64,000 nt of DNA from the NCBI GenBank assembly GCA_964187785.1, contig OZ076409.1, positions 8,434,001-8,498,000 on the forward strand, in the 5' to 3' direction. Below the pieces are notes generated by a model, which worked only from the letters and a program-made list of their open reading frames with translations, did no database searches and had not been told where the DNA came from. Source of the stretch: Amphiscolops sp. MND2022. Lineage: Eukaryota. Positions within the stretch are counted from its first letter, which is position 1, and every line of letters begins with the position of its first letter. A program made the translations under genes and the position numbers. This document shows positions 62,271 to 64,000 of this stretch, in pieces.

Positions 62271-62768
62271 TAACAAGACGGGAACGTCTAAAGTCGGCGA
62301 CATATCTAAGGCTCGAAAGCGCAGTTCTTAAAATTTGCGTAGGACGTTTTCTTGAAAAACGCTTGTTTTCGAACCTCCGCCTCCTTATCAATAAAACGCA
62401 ATATAGTTCGGATATAGTGTTAAAAGTTTGGAAATAGCGCTTCAATTCGGAAATTACGAGGGGAGACTTCATTAAAGTCGAAGGGGGACCCTATGGAGAC
62501 AAAAAAATTCTCGAAAAAAAGTCTCCAAGTGCCGACAAAATTGAAAGGGGGCCTTTCGTCTCGTCCGGTTGTGTGGGTAACGTTAAAAAGTAAAAAAGTA
62601 AAAAAGGACCCTTTGCACCAAGTTTCCGCTGGCCGGACTTGGCTTCAGTAGTTTTAGTAGTTTCTGTAAAAAGTGGACCGATCAGCGTTAGGTCTGTGGG
62701 CTGGAGAAAATAAGGTCACTGTAAGAGTCGGGCATTTTCTTTTTAAACGAAAATGCGCCGACTAAAAA
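62271..62768 (-). mobile_element. Helentron/DINE-like non-autonomous repeat
   Basis: AACAAGACGGGAACGTCTAAAGTCGGCG ... CACTGTAAGAGTCGGGC ... GCGCCGACTAAAAA. Confidence 0.68.
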
Positions 62769-64000
62769 TCAACATACAAAAAACATTTGTACATGAGGAA
62801 AAAATGTTTTTGACTCTAACTACAATTCAGTTCAAGAGAAGTCATGTTCAATACTAAATTCATGCTTAAAATTCCAACAAAAAATAAAATTCAAACCCTC
62901 ACCTTTTATGGTTTTGATTTGTGTAATCATCTAACTGTTTTCTATGTGTAATATATACACAAAGCTATACGTGTACTAATATACTTTTATACAAATTAGA
63001 AGACGCTATTCGTATGTTTCACTTGGGAACTGAAAAAACTATGGTCTTGAACGGGACTCGAACCCACGTGCTTCTGTTACAAATCAAGCCCGGGAATCTC
63101 TAGAATCAAGTAGACTGTACTTGTTAGTAGTTGAATAGCAAAAATGGGTTGAAACAATTCAACGAAGAAGCTCAATGGAGCTGCGGTTTTCGTTTTCTTT
63201 TGAAATCGACAAATGAAAAATTTCTCTTTACATCCGGTTGTGAAGTTTCAAAATTTAAACCAATTTTCTCAATTGTTTTCAATAGGACGTCCAAATATGG
63301 TAATTCTCTTGAGTTAATCGGAATAATAGATCACGCTGACATCACGCTGAGAGTTGTGTAAGCATCAGACAAATGCTTGAATAATGATTTTTCCAGCCAA
63401 CCAGAAACTGTGCACAAAAGAAATTAGTGTGAAAAGCAGAAGAAAAATGCTTGCCAAAGGTGAGGTAGTCAGCTAGGATTGATTTCGGGTCAGTCGATTC
63501 TGTCCAATTGAGCTTCCAATGGTTTGCAGCTCTTCTTAATTGGCAAGGATTTGGATTGACGTTTGTCGGTTATGAAATTGGAAGAAAAAATGAAAAAGAA
63601 TAAATCTTTTCTTCATGAAACTAGCGTGACTTTGTAAATTTGAGTTTTCTTGCATTTACTAATTACTTTCAGGGCTGCGTGTAATCGTCTTTTGGAAAAA
63701 TGTTTTTTTTTGCTTATATATATTGAAGTTTTCGGTAACTATCAAAAAGCAATTGATCTTATATTCCAAATAAAATGAAGTTTCCGTGTTTTTAGATTAT
63801 ACATAAAAACCACGTTGAAATTAATAGTTTGGTTCTCTGAATTCCCTTTTTTTATATCAGTCCACAAAATTTGTCACCCAGAATTGCAATGCCAAGAGTT
63901 TAAGTCGTGAAAAACAATTCTCTAATAATCTCTAACAGTGTGGCCTTGCTTTCGTCACTTTTAACCCAACAAGCGCGAGGCATCTACCGAAACTAAAGAT

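Noticed and set aside
59188..63361. Numerous 60-110 aa ORFs
   Set aside because: Phe/Lys-rich translations of AT-rich repeats; no further kinesin exon (SE...) recognised within the window

Overview
AT-rich, intron-containing eukaryotic (animal-like) DNA dominated by transposable elements. Bases 1-23115 hold a Ty3/Gypsy LTR retrotransposon (element A, 5' end outside the window). Its otherwise intact pol is split inside integrase by a young, internally deleted relative (element B, 3972-14186; 2156-bp LTRs, ATGGC target-site duplication). This family has an unusual, complex-retrovirus-like layout. (i) An antisense gene of about 1200 codons after pol can be spliced from five phase-compatible GT-AG coding exons; it looks like a catalytically dead, BED-finger hAT-transposase derivative. 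(ii) A divergent sense ORF runs through the polypurine tract into U3. (iii) gag starts about 180-190 codons inside the LTR and reads through the primer-binding site. (iv) Element B's U3 carries an array of GGCC-N6-GGCC dyads. The window also contains two solo LTRs with the same coding-at-both-ends design (23859-26174, 44612-46135), a gag-less short-LTR Gypsy element (35793-40815), many MITEs, Helentron/DINE-like repeats, tRNA-headed SINEs, an orphan host exon, and the first six exons of a KIF12-like kinesin gene (48203-58990, continuing beyond the window). All calls were made by eye; no database searches were run.
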